Positions 9,174 through 18,377 of a DNA stretch of 64,000 bases are shown here, piece after piece. Each line of letters begins with the position of its first letter. Within the stretch, counting starts at the first letter, position 1. Below the pieces are notes generated by a model, which was not told the DNA's origin, ran no database searches, and saw only the letters and a program-made list of their open reading frames with translations. Source of the stretch: an uncultured Collinsella sp. (GTDB lineage Bacteria; Actinomycetota; Coriobacteriia; Coriobacteriales; Coriobacteriaceae); the NCBI GenBank assembly GCA_900541245.1, contig UQIS01000001.1:25495-89494 (forward strand). Direction: 5' to 3'. Position numbers and translations under genes: made by a program.

Positions 9174-10771
9174 GCGCCCCCTTTCTGGACGAGCTCATCC
9201 AAGAGCTTCTCCGAAAACAGGTTACCGCGACCCAGCTGCCCGTCAGGATCGAGCTGCAGCTTGAGTAGAGCCGACTCGACCATGGCCTCGTGACCGTACA
9301 TCGTCTCCAAGAAGCCCGCTTTGATCTTGCCGACGCCGTGCTCGGCAGAGACGGCGCCGCCCATAGCAGTTACCTCGGCAGCCCACTGGGCAAACAACTC
9401 GCCACCGCGACGGTAATCCTGTGCATCGCGCGGCAGGATGTTCACATGCAGATGGTTGTTGCCGATATGTCCCCAGGCGGCAGACTCAAGCCCGCTTTCG
9501 GCCAGCGTACGGCGATAGAGGGCCACGACATCGGCCAGGCGCGCGTTGGGCACCGACATGTCCGATCCCAGCTTGGTAATGGTGGGGTCGGTGCGGCGAC
9601 GCTCGTCGATGAACATGTTGACACTCTCGGGGACGGCGTGGCGGAAGAACCGCTGACACTCGCGATCGACCTCGGTGCGCGCGACCCATGTCGCATCGTC
9701 ACTGCCGCCCGCAAGCTCCAGTACCCACCCCAAGTGATACAGCTCCTCAGTCGCCTGAACTTCGTCGTCGCAGTCGAGCTCCACGTAGACACAGACCTTG
9801 ACCTCTTTGTCGAGCGGCGGCAGCGAGGCGAACGCGGTCGACCGCTCACGCTGACGACGCAGGATATCCAGGGCGCCCGCATCGAAATATTCGATGGCAG
9901 CCGCGTGGGACAGGACGGGACGCACAGAATCGGTGAAGGACACGGCCTTGTCTTCGCTGTCAAAGAAACAGCTCACGCCCCAAACGACCGCAGGCGCCGC
10001 CTGCAGGGCAATCTCGAGCTCGGTGATGACACCGATTGTGCCACACGCACCGATAAACAGATCGATGGCATCCATATCGTCAGCAACGAAATAGCCCGAA
10101 GCATTTTTGGTCTTGGGCATGGTGTAGTCGGGAAGGTCGAGCTCGAGCGCGCGGCCCTCTGCCGTCACGAGCGACAGGTGGCGGCCCTGGGCAAAAGCCT
10201 CGCCGCGCTGAAGCTCAAGCAAATCGCCATCAGCCAGTGCGACGTGGAGTCCCGTGATATGTGGGCGCATGGGACCGTAGGCGTAGCTGCGGGCACCAGA
10301 GGCGTTACATGCCGCCATGCCGCCCAGACAGGCAGACGTCTCGGTGGGATCGGTGGGAAAGAACCGCTCGGGGGCCTCTTGGAACTCCTCGTAGGCCTCA
10401 AGCGATGTCTGGTCCCAACCAGCAGTCGGCAGCACCTTCTTGCTCAGCTGCTTGCGCAGCTCCGAGAGCACAACGCCCGGCTCCAAGCGCAGCAGAAATT
10501 GGCCTTGCTCATCGCGGCGAAGGCCCAAGTAGCGATTCATACGGGAAGTATTGAGGATATGCCCGCCGTGGGGCACGGCACCGGCGGCAAGGCCGGTTCG
10601 GGCGCCCTGAACCGTTACCGGGACACGCTCGGCATGGAGCTTTTCCAAAATGGCACGGACCTCGTCTTCCGTTGTCGGAAACGAGATGCTCGAGGCCTCG
10701 CCCGATGCGCGGGACTCATCGCGACCATACTCTTCGAACTCGTCGGTGAAGGGTTTGATGGTTGCAGACAC
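9170..10771 (-). CDS. FAD-binding oxidase (GlcD / D-lactate dehydrogenase-like), first gene of an Etf-linked operon
   Basis: 533 aa with an FAD-binding PCMH-type domain (VTVQGARTGLAAGAVP) and a C-terminal FAD-oxidase domain. Coupled to etfB-etfA as in electron-bifurcating lactate dehydrogenase (LctBCD-like) systems. Confidence 0.75.
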   Translation of the reverse strand: MSATIKPFTDEFEEYGRDESRASGEASSISFPTTEDEVRAILEKLHAERVPVTVQGARTGLAAGAVPHGGHILNTSRMNRYLGLRRDEQGQFLLRLEPGVVLSELRKQLSKKVLPTAGWDQTSLEAYEEFQEAPERFFPTDPTETSACLGGMAACNASGARSYAYGPMRPHITGLHVALADGDLLELQRGEAFAQGRHLSLVTAEGRALELDLPDYTMPKTKNASGYFVADDMDAIDLFIGACGTIGVITELEIALQAAPAVVWGVSCFFDSEDKAVSFTDSVRPVLSHAAAIEYFDAGALDILRRQRERSTAFASLPPLDKEVKVCVYVELDCDDEVQATEELYHLGWVLELAGGSDDATWVARTEVDRECQRFFRHAVPESVNMFIDERRRTDPTITKLGSDMSVPNARLADVVALYRRTLAESGLESAAWGHIGNNHLHVNILPRDAQDYRRGGELFAQWAAEVTAMGGAVSAEHGVGKIKAGFLETMYGHEAMVESALLKLQLDPDGQLGRGNLFSEKLLDELVQKGGA

Positions 10772-11116
10772 GCGAACTCCCCCTTTAGCTAACTACAGTG
10801 TTTGCAGGGAGATGTTACCGCATCGTTTCGTCGACGTGTTCGAGACCGTCTCCATAATTGGCGATTTTTACGTTCGTGCAATTCGGCGAGCGGCTTGATT
10901 TCCTCGACAGACGATGCTTTTGACACATATGGCCCCGCCGTCGCCGACCGCGCGATTGTCGCTTGAAAAAAGTTGGAGTATTTTTTGCCGCCTTTTACCT
11001 GCGGAGACACCAATCCGTCAAGCATTTGGTCAGAAATTGGTCAAGTATCGGCTGATACCGTCGGCGTCGACAGCCAAAACCGATAGAAGTTTTGGCCCAG
11101 AAGCAGGGAGGTTCCC

Positions 11117-11413
11117 ATGGCATATTACTGGCCCCAGTACGGCATCGCCATCGAAGTCGACGACGATCCCCATCTCCTGCCTTTCGACGAAGAGGCATTC
11201 CCCGATACGACGGTCTACCACGTTACCACCGATGTGATCTGCGACCCCGAGTCGTTCTCGGCGCTCGCCCACCACATCGCGCATATCCACGACATCGAGC
11301 TCCCTCCCGACTTCGAAGAGCTCGTCTACTCGCGCCGCCTGATGCTTCACATGCTCTTTGGAGCGGACCCGTCCACCTTTGCGCGCATCTATACCGCCAA
11401 GGATGCCGCATGA
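11117..11413 (+). CDS. hypothetical 98-aa protein; weak resemblance to a DUF559/Vsr-like endonuclease core
   Basis: GGGAGG RBS 6 nt upstream of the ATG. The motif YGIAIEVDDDPH resembles the core strand of DUF559 domains. The stop overlaps the next gene's start (ATGA). Confidence 0.35.
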   Translation: MAYYWPQYGIAIEVDDDPHLLPFDEEAFPDTTVYHVTTDVICDPESFSALAHHIAHIHDIELPPDFEELVYSRRLMLHMLFGADPSTFARIYTAKDAA

Positions 11414-11919
11414 GCGCGAAGAAGCCACCCCACTTTGCAGGCCTGGGTCGTCGCAAGAAGCTCATCGTTGCCTGCTTGGCCATCGTCTGTGCCCTTGTCG
11501 CCGTAGGACTATACGTTTGGCAGTCGCAGCCCGTACCCGAGGCGGGCGCTTCGGTTACGACGGCCGAGGGCAAAACGCGCCAGGAAATCCAAGATGAGCT
11601 CGACGCCATCGTCCGCGACAACATGATGACGATTTCGGTCGCGCCGGTCGCTCAGCTGCAGGAGGACGGCAAACTGCGCGTCAACGTGCAAAACGTCCAA
11701 GACAATAAATTTCCCCAGCGATTCCGCGTCATCCAAAACGACGAGACCATGTACGAATCCGGTGTGGTCGAGACCGGCAAGACAATCGAGACGTGCCCCG
11801 CCGGCGACATCAAAGAAGGCGAGGCGTACATCGAGATCCAGGCACTCGATGCAAAGACCCTCGACAGCCACGGCAATCCGACACGTGTCAAGGTACGGGT
11901 TGAGCAAACCGAGAACTAG
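11410..11919 (+). CDS. membrane-anchored hypothetical protein (N-terminal TM, extracytoplasmic domain)
   Basis: Internal ATG (MSAKKPPHFAGLGRRKKLIVACLAIVCALVAVGLYVW...) overlaps the previous stop. The Arg-rich N-terminal extension in the ORF track is implausible. Confidence 0.45.
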   Translation: MSAKKPPHFAGLGRRKKLIVACLAIVCALVAVGLYVWQSQPVPEAGASVTTAEGKTRQEIQDELDAIVRDNMMTISVAPVAQLQEDGKLRVNVQNVQDNKFPQRFRVIQNDETMYESGVVETGKTIETCPAGDIKEGEAYIEIQALDAKTLDSHGNPTRVKVRVEQTEN

Positions 11920-12008
11920 CCTTCCGGCCGACACGGCACCGCATGCAATTCACCAGCATTCGTCCAATCATCGCGGGGACGGCCCGCGGCGAATAGAAAG
12001 GAACGACC

Positions 12009-12608
12009 ATGGACATCACCAGGAACATGAACGGAGTCAGAGCGCTCGTCGTGGGCACAGGGCTCGCGCTCGCGCTCGCAATGGGCGCCGCCCCGACGCC
12101 AGCTATGGCAGCCGGGCGCGTTGGAACCACGAAGGTAATGGTCAGGACCGAGATCGACAACGTTGAGTTCAAAGTTCCGACGGTTATTCCCTTCGTCGCC
12201 AAGGCCGACGGCACGCTTCAGGGCCCCTCAGAAGACGCGACCACCATCGACAATCATTCGGCCTACGGCATCCATGTCACCAACATGAAGATCGACGCCA
12301 TGAACACCTGGACCATTGCCGCCGACGCCAAGGCCGGAACCGCGCAGAACTCCATCGACTTTAAGGTCGGCCCCGACGGCGCGCTCCAGAACGCCAGCGC
12401 CGCCGCGCAAGGGACGGGCCTCGATCTTTCCAAGAATGCAGCCTTCGACATGGGCTACCAGGGCATTGCCGGCGGCACGGACAAAATCAAGCTCAAGACA
12501 AGCGGAAACGTCGCCCGCGTCACGCGCGACATCTTCCGCGTAACCGGCGAAGGCGATCAGGTTGCGACGATCACCTGGACGGTCGAGCCCGGTGCGCACA
12601 CGGCATAA
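12009..12608 (+). CDS. secreted WxL-like domain protein (CscB/CscC-like)
   Basis: Sec signal peptide (LALALAMGAAPTPAMAAGRV). Two W-x-(I/V) motifs near the C-terminus (NTWTIAAD, ITWTVEPG), as in WxL domains. Confidence 0.45.
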   Translation: MDITRNMNGVRALVVGTGLALALAMGAAPTPAMAAGRVGTTKVMVRTEIDNVEFKVPTVIPFVAKADGTLQGPSEDATTIDNHSAYGIHVTNMKIDAMNTWTIAADAKAGTAQNSIDFKVGPDGALQNASAAAQGTGLDLSKNAAFDMGYQGIAGGTDKIKLKTSGNVARVTRDIFRVTGEGDQVATITWTVEPGAHTA

Positions 12609-12873
12609 GGCCGTCGCCCTGGCCGCCGCCGTCAGCATCCTAGCGTTTGGGCCAGCCATGGCCTTTGCCCAGCAAGAACAGGCGCAGGCCGCCACGCAAG
12701 TGACGGTCGACCTCTCGGAGCTCGACCGCGGCGACCGCGAGGAACCGTTGGCGCAGACAGGCGACAGACGATGGCTCTTGGCAGCAGGCGCCACAGCAGC
12801 AGGCGCGGGAACCGCCGGCCTCGGTCTGCACATCAAACGCAGCCAGAAACAAAACACGGACAGGCCGCACTAA
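12562..12873 (+). CDS. small cell-wall-anchored protein with LAQTG sorting signal (CscD-like)
   Basis: Signal-peptide-like N-terminus (RTRHKAVALAAAVSILAFGPAMAFA). C-terminal LAQTG, then a hydrophobic stretch (WLLAAGATAAGAGTAGLGL) and a basic tail (KRSQKQ). Overlaps the 3' end of the preceding ORF, so the exact start is uncertain. Confidence 0.45.
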   Translation: MRRSPGRSSPVRTRHKAVALAAAVSILAFGPAMAFAQQEQAQAATQVTVDLSELDRGDREEPLAQTGDRRWLLAAGATAAGAGTAGLGLHIKRSQKQNTDRPH

Positions 12874-12891
12874 ATTAGCTAAGGAGACCCC

Positions 12892-14322
12892 ATGGCATCG
12901 AAGAACCTTTTGCCCGTCGTCGCACTCTGCGGCGCGCTCGCAACCGGAACGCCTGTCGCCGCTTGGGCGACTCCCGTCATGGCAGACTCCTTACCAGTAG
13001 CCCTAAGTTCCGCACCAAATCCGTCGAGCGCCATTGCGTGCGAGCGTTTTTCGATCGCACAGGCCGTGATCTCAACCTCGGGATGCCTTCGTCGTAATAC
13101 GGACGGCTCGATAGTCGTGGATATCAAGCGTTCGAACAAGGCAAACGGCTCCCAGGCGGGGTGCGCCGTCTGCACGTGGCGCTCGGTTGTGCTCGATGCA
13201 GATGGCGATCCATGCAATTTAGAGCTGCGCATCGACATCGCTTCGGTCGATGACTCGGCGAACGGAGCGAAGGTCGCCTTCGACGGTGCGTTTTTCGAGA
13301 AAGGAGGCGGTATATGTCTGGGCTGCGCCGCCGCGAATGCAGACGATGCGCAGCCCACCCTCTCATTCACGGCATCGTTGCGGCTGACCAAAGCCGGTAC
13401 CGATGTTATCGCGGCGGGAGAAGCGTCCCTGCTGTTCTACGCCGTCAGCACCAAAGACACAGACGCTCATTTCGAGAAGCCAGCCGGATCACTCAGCCTT
13501 ACACGAGGGATAGAGGCAGGCCCTATTGAAATCGATGCCCACGCGCAAAGCAGGCAACGCATTCTTGCCGACCCGGCGCTTCTCGAAATGGAGTGGAACG
13601 GATCCGGAGCCATCGGAATTCTCCCCTCCGCGTTTGACGCCAAGACGCTTCCCCCAAACGACGAACCCATCAACGCAACCATACAAGAAGAGAGCGCGGA
13701 CAAAGAAGCAGGTGCGGGCGACACGCCGTCGCCGACAAACAGCGTCCCAGCTTCTCTCGAAGCGCCGAATGAGCCCGCTGCCGATCCAAACGATCCCGAG
13801 CTCGCGGACAGTCTGGGGCTTGCTGATCCTCAAGAGATCGATGAAGGTAACTGCTGCGTGCTTGCCGCGCTCGACCACACAGAGGTCATCGACGCTGCGA
13901 ACATCGAAGTTGCCGCCGCCAATCAGCCCGTCCGCAAGTCGGCTATCATCGCATTTCCTGAATCCATCGAAGTCGTCTTTTTGCCATCGGGCGAGGTCGT
14001 GGCCCCAACACTGCTCACCTTGTTGGGCGCCAAGAATACTCGAAACGAAATTAAAAAGGTCACAGTTGTCGACCCTGCAACCACCGCCAAGCTGCGTCTA
14101 TACGCCGTTGCTCCAGACGGAGGCAAGACCTTGGAATTCGATGGCGACACACTCCTGGCCTGGCGACGTCTGGACATTATGCAAGACGTCTCGTATCAGA
14201 TCGAACTCGAAGGGTTTGATCGTGCCCGCGATGCCAATATCATCGCCGCGGCTATTGAATCCCCACAGCGGCTTATGATACTGCGCTTTGAATACTATCC
14301 CTATGTCCCGACAACCACCTGA
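12892..14322 (+). CDS. secreted hypothetical protein, 476 aa
   Basis: AAGGAG RBS. N-terminal signal peptide (LLPVVALCGALATGTPVAAWA). Ala/Asp/Pro-rich acidic linker in the middle. No recognisable catalytic motif. Confidence 0.5.
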   Translation: MASKNLLPVVALCGALATGTPVAAWATPVMADSLPVALSSAPNPSSAIACERFSIAQAVISTSGCLRRNTDGSIVVDIKRSNKANGSQAGCAVCTWRSVVLDADGDPCNLELRIDIASVDDSANGAKVAFDGAFFEKGGGICLGCAAANADDAQPTLSFTASLRLTKAGTDVIAAGEASLLFYAVSTKDTDAHFEKPAGSLSLTRGIEAGPIEIDAHAQSRQRILADPALLEMEWNGSGAIGILPSAFDAKTLPPNDEPINATIQEESADKEAGAGDTPSPTNSVPASLEAPNEPAADPNDPELADSLGLADPQEIDEGNCCVLAALDHTEVIDAANIEVAAANQPVRKSAIIAFPESIEVVFLPSGEVVAPTLLTLLGAKNTRNEIKKVTVVDPATTAKLRLYAVAPDGGKTLEFDGDTLLAWRRLDIMQDVSYQIELEGFDRARDANIIAAAIESPQRLMILRFEYYPYVPTTT

Positions 14323-14440
14323 GGCTTAAATGCCGCGCATCATTCCTAATACCACTTATATAACGTATTAGATGAGTCGCGATGTACCTCGCATTTCGTT
14401 CTGCTACGATTGCCACGTTGGCATCAATACAGGAGGGCTC

Positions 14441-15157
14441 ATGCCGGGCTTGGGAACAATCATCAACGTTGTGCTTTTAGTTGCGGGCGGTCTTTTGGGA
14501 TTAGCGGGCGGCCGCTTCATTACACCGCGCATCCAAGACACGCTCATGAAAGCATCGGGGCTGTGCGTCCTGTTTATCGGCCTTGGCGGCACCATGCAAA
14601 AGATGCTCCTTATCGATGGGAAGGCGCTAGCGACCACCGGCACCACCATGCTCATCGTCTCGTTCGCCCTCGGCTCGCTCATCGGCGAGGCCATCAACTT
14701 GGAGGCCGCCATCGAGAACCTTGGCGAATGGCTCAAGCGCAAAACCGGCAGCGAGGGCGATAACGAGTTCACCATCGCGTTTGTCTCGTCTTCACTCTCC
14801 GTGTGTATCGGCGCCATGGCCATTGTGGGATCGATCCAGGACGGTCTGCTCGGTGACTGGTCAACGCTTGCCCTGAAAGGCGCATTGGACTGCATCATCG
14901 TCTGCACCATGACGGCGTCGCTTGGCCGCGGCTGCATTTTCTCCGCCCTGCCCGTCGCCGTGTTCCAGGGGACGATCACGCTGTTTGCCGGCGCACTCTC
15001 CCCCATCATGACTACGGCAGCCCTCGACAGCCTTTCGCTCGTAGGCTCCATGCTCATCTTCTGCGTCGGCGTCAACCTCATCCGTCCTCAGACCTTCCGC
15101 ACGGCCAATATGCTCCCCTCCGTCGTCATCGCCGTCATCTACGCCCTCCTGTTCTAA
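14441..15157 (+). CDS. DUF554-family membrane protein
   Basis: An internal ATG preceded by AGGAGG gives MPGLGTIINVVLLVAGGLLG..., typical of a DUF554 N-terminus. Glycine-rich polytopic membrane protein. Confidence 0.55.
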   Translation: MPGLGTIINVVLLVAGGLLGLAGGRFITPRIQDTLMKASGLCVLFIGLGGTMQKMLLIDGKALATTGTTMLIVSFALGSLIGEAINLEAAIENLGEWLKRKTGSEGDNEFTIAFVSSSLSVCIGAMAIVGSIQDGLLGDWSTLALKGALDCIIVCTMTASLGRGCIFSALPVAVFQGTITLFAGALSPIMTTAALDSLSLVGSMLIFCVGVNLIRPQTFRTANMLPSVVIAVIYALLF

Positions 15158-15245
15158 ATCTATCTACGCAGCAGTATCTCGAACACCTGTTTGATGCTGT
15201 GCTATGATATGAGGTCACCGAAGCTGCGTTAGGAGAGGAGGAGCG

Positions 15246-17006
15246 GTGGCCGACCAGGACATCAAGATGCTCATCGAGCGCATTATGGCCGAGGCCCGGA
15301 CCCATCAGTCCGCCCGCTTCTCAAACGAAATCTACGCAGACGAGCCGATTCTCAAAACCGGCCGACAGATGCAGAATTTCCTCCCCGACCAATACCGCAA
15401 GATGCGCGAGATATCGCGCTGGCAGGATGACCCCAAGGGCGGCGCGGGCCGCTGGCTATCGGAGGCCGAGCTTTTCTACCGCCAAGGCTTGCTGATGGCC
15501 GACTTTGAGGACGACTGTCCCTACAACGGCACCTTTAAGTCGTACTTTCCCACCTACAATGCCATGAGCGACCGGCAGTTGCGCGGCTACTTTACCTGGC
15601 GTGCCCAAGTGCGCCGCGGAACCGTCGAGGAAACGTCTACATCCTTTGCCTTTCTGTATCTCTATGAGCTGATTTGCGGCATTGGCATAGATGATCCGCT
15701 CGAAGGTTTTAACAAGATCAAGGCCTTTTGGGATGTCTATCGCGCCTTCGAGCCCGGCATCGACCGGTTTGCGCGCGTGTGGCTGCAGGATTACGCCGTT
15801 TTCCACGGACTCGACCCCAAGCTACTTCGCGACTCTAAAACCGTCATGTTCGATAACGCCCTTATCGAGCTACGCCGCGCAGCGCGAGACCTTGTACCAG
15901 CACCGGCACCGTCCGGCCAGACCCCTAAGCGTCGCAAAACCTCCGAGCCCACGCTCCCCCTTCCGCCCGATGAGGTGCGCGAGGAGCGACTCATGGCCGC
16001 CATCAACGCCCTCTCCACGTACAACCTAAGTAACTCGCGGCTCGACCGCAGCCACCACCGCGATCTGCGCCACGTGGCGTGCGCCGTGTATGTCCGTATG
16101 GCGCGCTACTATGACACGCACCGAAAGACCGACATCGTGGCGAGCTTATTTGGGGAGGAGACGGCCATGCCCTACACCATGTTTGCCTCGGCCGTATTCT
16201 TTTCGCCCGAGCGCCACGAGGACTGCGAATATCGCCTGGACCCCATTCACATCTACCGCTGCCAAAACGGCTTTTGGGAATGCATGCGAATTCACGGCAG
16301 CAGGCAAAAAAGCAGCAAGCTTGGTGAGATGATGCGCGCCTGCGACCAACGCCTACGCCTGGCCCTAGACCCCACCCACCCCCTGAAGGAGGAGAAGGTC
16401 CCCAAATATCTGGCCAAGATCATCGATGACGAGATCATGGCATGGCTTTCGTGGGACGCCGCACACCAGCCCATCAAGATCGATATCGATTTGAGCCAGC
16501 TGGGGCACATTCGGAGCGCCGCCGCGCAAACGCGCGAAGCGCTTTTGATCGATGAGGAACGCGAGGACGACGCATCCGCAGAAGCCGAGGCAGCGGACTC
16601 AGGGCAACCGGAAGCCGAGCCCGTAACCGACGCGATTGTCGAACCGGTCGTGGCACCCATTCGGCAGGACTTGACCGACGAGCCGACCATATCCACCGAA
16701 CAGTTTGGTGTCGTGGCACCGCTTCTCGCGCCGACGCCCGCGTTCGCAGCTGCTGCACCCGCTGACGCCACAAACGAACTCGCGCCCGCCGCAGATGCCT
16801 TCCTTCGCGCACTGCTCGAGCAAAACGCAGCGCAAGCGACATCGGCAGTGGCGCACTCGGGACAGAGCGAGGACATGCTCGTCGATACCATCAACGAGGC
16901 GCTCTTTGACCTGGTGGGCGACACCGTAATTGAATTTAGCGCGGCAGGGCCGCAGATTATCGAGGACTACGAAGCAGACGTGAGAGGATACCTAGACCAT
17001 GAGTGA
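15246..17006 (+). CDS. TerB-like (TerB-N/TerB-C) domain protein; Shango SngA-like
   Basis: GTG start preceded by AGGAGAGGAGGAG. 586 aa with an acidic low-complexity C-terminal third. Function inferred from the conserved three-gene context (ATPase plus Lhr-like helicase directly downstream, ATGA coupled). The TerB-domain assignment is by architecture, not a verified motif. Confidence 0.5.
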   Translation: MADQDIKMLIERIMAEARTHQSARFSNEIYADEPILKTGRQMQNFLPDQYRKMREISRWQDDPKGGAGRWLSEAELFYRQGLLMADFEDDCPYNGTFKSYFPTYNAMSDRQLRGYFTWRAQVRRGTVEETSTSFAFLYLYELICGIGIDDPLEGFNKIKAFWDVYRAFEPGIDRFARVWLQDYAVFHGLDPKLLRDSKTVMFDNALIELRRAARDLVPAPAPSGQTPKRRKTSEPTLPLPPDEVREERLMAAINALSTYNLSNSRLDRSHHRDLRHVACAVYVRMARYYDTHRKTDIVASLFGEETAMPYTMFASAVFFSPERHEDCEYRLDPIHIYRCQNGFWECMRIHGSRQKSSKLGEMMRACDQRLRLALDPTHPLKEEKVPKYLAKIIDDEIMAWLSWDAAHQPIKIDIDLSQLGHIRSAAAQTREALLIDEEREDDASAEAEAADSGQPEAEPVTDAIVEPVVAPIRQDLTDEPTISTEQFGVVAPLLAPTPAFAAAAPADATNELAPAADAFLRALLEQNAAQATSAVAHSGQSEDMLVDTINEALFDLVGDTVIEFSAAGPQIIEDYEADVRGYLDHE

Positions 17007-18303
17007 TACCGCATCCGCAGCACCCCGCGTGCCCAAGCGCGTCGCTGCCGTCATTCTCAACTCGCTCAAGGGCGGCGTGGTCCCGCGCATCGGCCTTCCC
17101 TACATTACCGTAGGGCGCGAGGTCGAGATCCGCGCCCTGCTCACCGATCTGAGTCTCATCGCCGACGGTGGTGCGAGCTTCCGCTTTCTGGTCGGTCGTT
17201 ACGGCGCCGGCAAGAGCTTTTTGCTCCAGACCATCCGCACGCACGCCATGGGTGAGGGATTCGTCGTCGCCGATGCAGACTTATCCCCCGAGCGCCGTCT
17301 GCAGGGCGGGCAGGGGCAGGGCCTTGCCACCTACCGCGAGCTCATACGCAATATATCGACCAAGACGCGCCCCGAGGGCGGTGCGCTCAACCTTATTCTT
17401 GATCGCTGGGTCGCCTCGTACGCCGACGTCGACGAGTCGGTCGTCAATGCCCAACTGGCCCCGCTCGAGGAAATGGTCCACGGCTTCGACTTCACCCGCA
17501 TGCTCCGCCGCTATCGCACGGCCGTATCCGAGGGCGACGAAGAAGCCATGAGCCGCGTGACCAAATGGATCCGCGGCGAATACCGTACCAAGAGCGAGGC
17601 TCGCGCCGAGCTGGGCTCCTCGACCATCATCAGCGATGACGACTGGTACGACTACGTTAAGCTCATCGCGCGTTTTTTGGTCTGCAGCGGCTACAAGGGT
17701 ATGTTGGTGCTCATCGACGAGCTCGTGAATCTGTATAAGATTCCCAACGCGATCACGCGCCAGTACAACTACGAGAAGATCCTGACCATGTACAACGACA
17801 CACTCCAGGGCAAGGCGCAGTACCTGGGCATGATCATGGGCGGCACGCCAACCTCCATCGAAGACCGCCGCCGCGGCGTGTTCTCCTACGAGGCCCTGCG
17901 CAGCCGACTCGCTCAAGGCCGCTTTGCACGCGAGGACCTTAAGGACATGCTCGCGCCCATCATCCGTCTGCAGCCACTCACCTACGAGGAGCTGCTGGTG
18001 CTGATTGAAAAACTCATGCAAATTCACGCCGGCTACTTTGGCTGGACGCCCACGCTTACCGAGAACGACTTGGTGGACTTCCTCAAGATCGAGTTCGGTC
18101 GTGTGGGAGCCGACACACATCTGACGCCGCGTGAAGTCATTCGCGACTTTATCGAGCTGCTCGACATCCTATGCCAGAACCCCGACGCCAACGTAGCCGA
18201 GCTGCTGCAAAGCGTCGGCGGCGACGCGCTGGTGCCGGCAGCAGCAACAGGCGACACCGGCACCGCAGGCGGCGACCGTAACTTCGCCGAATTCACCATC
18301 TAA
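16999..18303 (+). CDS. P-loop NTPase (DUF2791/BrxD-like ATPase); Shango SngB-like
   Basis: Walker A (GRYGAGKSFLL), Walker B (MLVLIDELVN). 434 aa. ATGA start/stop overlap with the upstream gene. Confidence 0.7.
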   Translation: MSDTASAAPRVPKRVAAVILNSLKGGVVPRIGLPYITVGREVEIRALLTDLSLIADGGASFRFLVGRYGAGKSFLLQTIRTHAMGEGFVVADADLSPERRLQGGQGQGLATYRELIRNISTKTRPEGGALNLILDRWVASYADVDESVVNAQLAPLEEMVHGFDFTRMLRRYRTAVSEGDEEAMSRVTKWIRGEYRTKSEARAELGSSTIISDDDWYDYVKLIARFLVCSGYKGMLVLIDELVNLYKIPNAITRQYNYEKILTMYNDTLQGKAQYLGMIMGGTPTSIEDRRRGVFSYEALRSRLAQGRFAREDLKDMLAPIIRLQPLTYEELLVLIEKLMQIHAGYFGWTPTLTENDLVDFLKIEFGRVGADTHLTPREVIRDFIELLDILCQNPDANVAELLQSVGGDALVPAAATGDTGTAGGDRNFAEFTI

Positions 18304-18304
18304 C

Positions 18305-18345
18305 CTGCCAAAAAGGGACAGGTTTATTTTGGCAGGTTTTATCTG
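18305..18345 (+). terminator. hairpin between sngB-like and helicase genes (attenuator or terminator candidate)
   Basis: CCTGCCAAAA / TTTTGGCAGG inverted repeat followed by TTTTATCT. Confidence 0.3.
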
Positions 18346-18377
18346 GGCGAACGTTGAGACTGTAATGCAGCAAGCCG

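Noticed and set aside
12009-12873. Single frameshifted surface protein instead of two genes (199 aa + 103 aa)
   Set aside because: The 103-aa ORF has its own signal-peptide-like segment (RTRHK + AVALAAAVSILAF + AMAFA) and Csc-type clusters characteristically contain a tiny LPxTG protein, so I kept two genes. A frameshift around 12560-12610 remains possible and is noted in the finding.
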